A DNA stretch of 58,578 bases, taken from NCBI GenBank assembly GCA_021323475.1, contig JAJQJM010000002.1, positions 1 to 58,578 of the forward strand, in the 5' to 3' direction. Each line of letters begins with the position of its first letter. Position 1 is the first letter of the stretch. The position numbers and the translations under genes were made by a program. The stretch is from Vampirovibrio sp. Its GTDB lineage: Bacteria; Cyanobacteriota; Vampirovibrionia; Vampirovibrionales; Vampirovibrionaceae. Shown here one piece after another: positions 54,945 through 58,578 of the stretch. The notes below the pieces were generated by a model. It ran no database searches. It was not told the DNA's origin and worked only from the letters and a program-made list of their open reading frames with translations.

Positions 54945-57481
54945 TTACCTTACCGCCATCCCTGAACGTAATACCAGCTAAAAAGCAGGTCCGGAAATCC
55001 CTTGGTACTCCACCGACACCTATCTCGAATGCCCCTCGGCCAAGTTCGCGCACTTTGCAAAAGGACACGGTGCAGTTTTCCGGGCAACACCCGAAAGCTG
55101 ATGCCGCCGAGCAAACCAAGGCGGGTCAATATGTAGATAATCTGCTGGATCAATGCGATCAGCAGACCACTGTTCAACGAATGACGCTGCGGGATTTCCT
55201 GCTGAACTCCAAACTGGAGCCCAAGCGTTATTTACCGACCGCCAGTTCATATGTGCTGGATGCATTCGATTATTACGATAAGCCAGGCGGACCGCAGCAG
55301 GTAACCGTGTATGGCGAGCCCATGCGTCGTTTCAATATTATGAACACGCCCTGGAACAATCACCTGTCGAACCCAGCCCGTATCTACGGTCATGAGCCAA
55401 CCGTCAATCGCATATGGGAAATTTTGCGCTCGTTTAAACAACAACCGAACGCGGATCGGGGTATTGCGCTGTTTGGCCCGCATGGCAGCGGCAAAAGCGT
55501 TATTGCCAAATCCCTGATGACGGGCGTGGAAAATTTTTCCAGGCAAGATGAGGGGGCCTTATGGACCTATTCCTTTGTGTTTCCGGACGGACAAAAAGTA
55601 AAGGCCCAGCCCAAGGATGAGGCTGATATCTGGATGCAGGACGTGGCAGATGGTAAAACGCTGATGGAGCCGGATAAAATTGCGGCCCAATTGATGGCGA
55701 ACCTCAATTTAAATCCTATTTTCTTGTTGCCTCCTCAGCAACGCACCGCCTTTTTACAGGATTTGAAAAAAGAAGGCAAAATTGAGCCCGATTTTAATAT
55801 TGACTATTATCTGAAAGCGAACCTGGAAGGCAATGCCCAGCGCATTTTAAACAAGTTGCACCACTTGTATAGCGAAGATCCCAAAAAATTCCAGAAAACG
55901 ATGGAGCACATCCAGGTGGAGCGCTGGACCATGTCCGCACAGGACTACCGAGGACTGGTGGAAGTGCCGGCCTCCCGCAACCCGGACGCGGTGATGCGGG
56001 AAATTCCCGGTGAGCATCCGCTGGCCAAAGCGCCGGATTTGGTAAAAACTGCCGGGAAACGGGCATTGGAAGGACTCATGCCTCGCGCCCATCGCGGTAT
56101 TTTTTACATGGATGATTTCGGCCGTAACGGCATGCCGTTCGATCATTTGCTGATGCCGCTGGAAACGGGAGAAGTGACCATTCAAGAATTGCACGGACCT
56201 GGCATTACCAAGGAATTATTGGACTTTGTGCCCTTGTTGTCCGTAAACCCGGAAGTGTTGGAACGCACCAAACAGCACGGCAATTTTGACGCATTGGAGC
56301 AGCGCATGCTGTTTGTTCCGGTTCCCTTTGAGCGCCGCTATAAAGTGGAATCCCAGGTCATGGCGCCAATTTTAAACCATGCCAAGGCCCTTGGTAAAAA
56401 AATCGCGCCGGACACCCTGGAATCCTTTGCCTTGTGGGTGGCCATGAGCCGCATGTTCCCCATCGATAAAAATTACCAGCCCTACCAGGAAATCAGCAAA
56501 AACAACAAGGATTTTGCATCCGCGCTGAGCAAGCTGACGCCATTAGGCAAAGCCCTGCTGTACCAGGGCGAGGCTGTTCCCGGCCTGTGCGCGGATGAGC
56601 AGGAAGCCCTGGTGGAAAACCTGAAAACCATCGCCGGAGAGCATAACCAATCTTTGGGAGAAACGGAATTTACGCTCTATGAAGGTGGGGTCGGCATGTC
56701 GAATCGGGCGGCCACGAACGTGCTGAAACGAGTAACAGCCCGGCACGACAATGAGCCTATCAGTTTTTTGGACATGTTTGAGGCCATTGCCAGGTACGCC
56801 GGCAATAAACCCCAATACGAAATGAAGCGCGCCCAAATTCTGAAGGACAAGGGTAAAACCATTCCATTTCAATCCGGGCTGGAACTGCTGAGAGAGGTTG
56901 AAGATTTTCAGCGGCAGAAATTCATGAAGCAGCTGAAGGATGCCTTGGGCATGTACCAGGACCCGTCCGTTTACGCCCAGCGCATCCAGCAATACGGGGA
57001 TCATATCGCCGCCATGCAGGAAGGAAAGTCGGTGCCTCCGCGTTCCCAAGTGGACGGTGACCCCAAACCCAGCCGGCGATTGATTCTCAGTTTCGAGCAA
57101 ACCGCTCACCCGGATAGGCGATTAACTGATAGCGAGCGCAAAGCGTATCGTACCGATTTTTTGGCCCGCGCAATCGATTGGGACACGGATCTGCCGGATG
57201 AGGAGAACGTCACCCAGATCTATCAGAATGAAATGAGTCGGTTACGCACGAAAGACGAGCAGGAAAACAAGCAATACTTGACCGAGTTCCGCAATAACGT
57301 CAAAATCCTGCTCAAGGACCCGCAAGCCTTTGAGCCCCAAAAGGGCCTGCCTTCCACCCAGAGGTTGGAAAATGCGCTAAAAACGCTGGGCGATATGGGC
57401 TACAGCCCGGAAGTGCTGCCGAAAATTCTGGATTGGGCCTTGGAACACCGTTACGTGGCCGAACAGGTCAAATCGCAATAG
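54941..57481 (+). CDS. prkA: PrkA-family AAA+/serine-kinase-like protein, paralogue 2 (846 aa)
   Basis: Walker A is GPHGSGKSV. AHRGIFYMDDFGRNGMPFDHLLMPLETGE aligns with the PrkA core. The start forms an ATGA overlap with the yeaH stop. Confidence 0.8.
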   Translation: MITLPPSLNVIPAKKQVRKSLGTPPTPISNAPRPSSRTLQKDTVQFSGQHPKADAAEQTKAGQYVDNLLDQCDQQTTVQRMTLRDFLLNSKLEPKRYLPTASSYVLDAFDYYDKPGGPQQVTVYGEPMRRFNIMNTPWNNHLSNPARIYGHEPTVNRIWEILRSFKQQPNADRGIALFGPHGSGKSVIAKSLMTGVENFSRQDEGALWTYSFVFPDGQKVKAQPKDEADIWMQDVADGKTLMEPDKIAAQLMANLNLNPIFLLPPQQRTAFLQDLKKEGKIEPDFNIDYYLKANLEGNAQRILNKLHHLYSEDPKKFQKTMEHIQVERWTMSAQDYRGLVEVPASRNPDAVMREIPGEHPLAKAPDLVKTAGKRALEGLMPRAHRGIFYMDDFGRNGMPFDHLLMPLETGEVTIQELHGPGITKELLDFVPLLSVNPEVLERTKQHGNFDALEQRMLFVPVPFERRYKVESQVMAPILNHAKALGKKIAPDTLESFALWVAMSRMFPIDKNYQPYQEISKNNKDFASALSKLTPLGKALLYQGEAVPGLCADEQEALVENLKTIAGEHNQSLGETEFTLYEGGVGMSNRAATNVLKRVTARHDNEPISFLDMFEAIARYAGNKPQYEMKRAQILKDKGKTIPFQSGLELLREVEDFQRQKFMKQLKDALGMYQDPSVYAQRIQQYGDHIAAMQEGKSVPPRSQVDGDPKPSRRLILSFEQTAHPDRRLTDSERKAYRTDFLARAIDWDTDLPDEENVTQIYQNEMSRLRTKDEQENKQYLTEFRNNVKILLKDPQAFEPQKGLPSTQRLENALKTLGDMGYSPEVLPKILDWALEHRYVAEQVKSQ

Positions 57482-57484
57482 CAC

Positions 57485-58495
57485 TTATGCATTCAAATAC
57501 AGCGACGGGGCACTCAAATGTTTACGGGGTATTTTTCCGCAGTCCAGAAACTCGCCCCGTTCAGAAATAGTTCGATAGGTCAACCCCTGAGGGGTAATTT
57601 CAAACAGCATAAAGTGCAGGCGTTTGAGCAAACCGTTGCCCTCCGGGCCGCCACGTTTGGGAGTATCCAGCTTGCCCCCGGCACCACTCACCAAATGATA
57701 CGTACCGTTGATCAGCACCGGTTTTTCATAGTGGTGCTCATGCCCGGCCATATACAAATCCACCCCGTATTTGGTAAAAAGCGGCGCTAACTGCTGAGAC
57801 AATATCATTTGCTCCATGTTGCGCTTGGGTTTGGTTTTCGCCCCGGTAGAATACAGCGGATGGTGGGCATAAACCACCTTCATGGAAGCGGTGCTACTGG
57901 CCAGGGTTCGTTCCAGCCAGGCCAACTGGCTGGCTGCCTTCTGTTGAGCCAAGAATGGATTTGCAAAATCCTGTGGGTTGGTGCCGGGTAACAACATGTT
58001 GGTATCCAGCCCCCAGAATTCAATATCGTAGCCCGGTGGCCCCAACTTGAAGTTATAAAACGGCGGCACACCCCAATAAGCCGATTGCCAATCGCCATAG
58101 CCCTGCTTCACATCGTGATTGCCCCGGACGGGCCTGAATTGCACACCTCGTTGGAATAAGTCCTGATACGGGCGGGCAATCCGATCCTGGAACAGGGATG
58201 GCTCCCCGTTAGGGTAAACGTTATCTCCCAGTACCATCACCGTATTAAACGGCGCAATACGGTGCCAAACGGAAAGCTGACGGGCTACCTGGTACTGGGC
58301 GGCATCCCCCGTGCCGGCGTCTCCCATCACGGCAAAGCGAAAAGGCGCGTTTTTCGGATTGGGCCAAAAGGTATACTCCGGCCCCACATGCGGATTAAAC
58401 GACACCTGCGAGGCGTAACCACCCAGCGGCAACCTGGAAGGCAATGGACGATAAGCTGGTATGGCGGACGGTGCAAGAGTCATAGCAGACTGCAA
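57485..58495 (-). CDS. calcineurin-like metallophosphoesterase
   Basis: The motifs GDAG, GDNVY, GNHD, AHHPLYS and GHEHHYE occur in canonical order after a ~50-aa N-terminal extension. Confidence 0.85.
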   Translation of the reverse strand: MQSAMTLAPSAIPAYRPLPSRLPLGGYASQVSFNPHVGPEYTFWPNPKNAPFRFAVMGDAGTGDAAQYQVARQLSVWHRIAPFNTVMVLGDNVYPNGEPSLFQDRIARPYQDLFQRGVQFRPVRGNHDVKQGYGDWQSAYWGVPPFYNFKLGPPGYDIEFWGLDTNMLLPGTNPQDFANPFLAQQKAASQLAWLERTLASSTASMKVVYAHHPLYSTGAKTKPKRNMEQMILSQQLAPLFTKYGVDLYMAGHEHHYEKPVLINGTYHLVSGAGGKLDTPKRGGPEGNGLLKRLHFMLFEITPQGLTYRTISERGEFLDCGKIPRKHLSAPSLYLNA

Positions 58496-58578
58496 CCTGT
58501 AAAGTCGGGAAAAATTGGAGTCATGAGTGTTTTAGCAATACCGTTGGGGCAGGGCGGATCGATCCACTCAGCCTGAGA

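Overview
The window appears to be chromosomal DNA from a diderm bacterium. Most of it is roughly mid-50s % GC, and promoters and Shine-Dalgarno sites are sigma70-like. I cannot assign a taxon from sequence alone. Content from left to right:

- **1-365:** four tandem near-consensus promoters fire leftward into a leader that looks like an rRNA-operon leader.
- **0.5-5.6 kb:** an OMF/HlyD/TetR/EmrB-type efflux operon.
- **5.7-13.1 kb, minus strand:** the arginine cluster argC | argJ-argB-argD-argG-argH. The 292-nt argC-argJ spacer holds a previously unlisted 33-codon ORF with 9 Arg codons, followed by an intrinsic terminator. I read this as a candidate Arg leader-peptide attenuator.
- **13.4-16.8 kb:** a small acidic disordered protein and an 856-aa secreted Gly-rich beta-helix protein.
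- **17-47 kb:** a large surface-glycan locus. It has a PaaK-like ligase, an Ntn glutamine amidotransferase behind a long structured leader, a WbpA/B/D/E set, and a second aminotransferase/acetyltransferase/SDR set. It also has Wzx, an MsbA-like ABC exporter, four methyltransferases, two LtaS/sulfatase-fold membrane enzymes, a GT-C enzyme, and a B12-radical SAM + GT2 pair. The 22-35 kb core is visibly AT-rich.
- **48.5-57.5 kb:** an expanded four-gene PrkA / SpoVR / YeaH(DUF444) / PrkA module. All four proteins carry N-terminal extensions with a shared short motif, and the YeaH homologue has a POTRA-like insertion.
- **57.5-58.5 kb:** a convergent metallophosphoesterase.

I saw no transposase, integrase, CRISPR array or tRNA.
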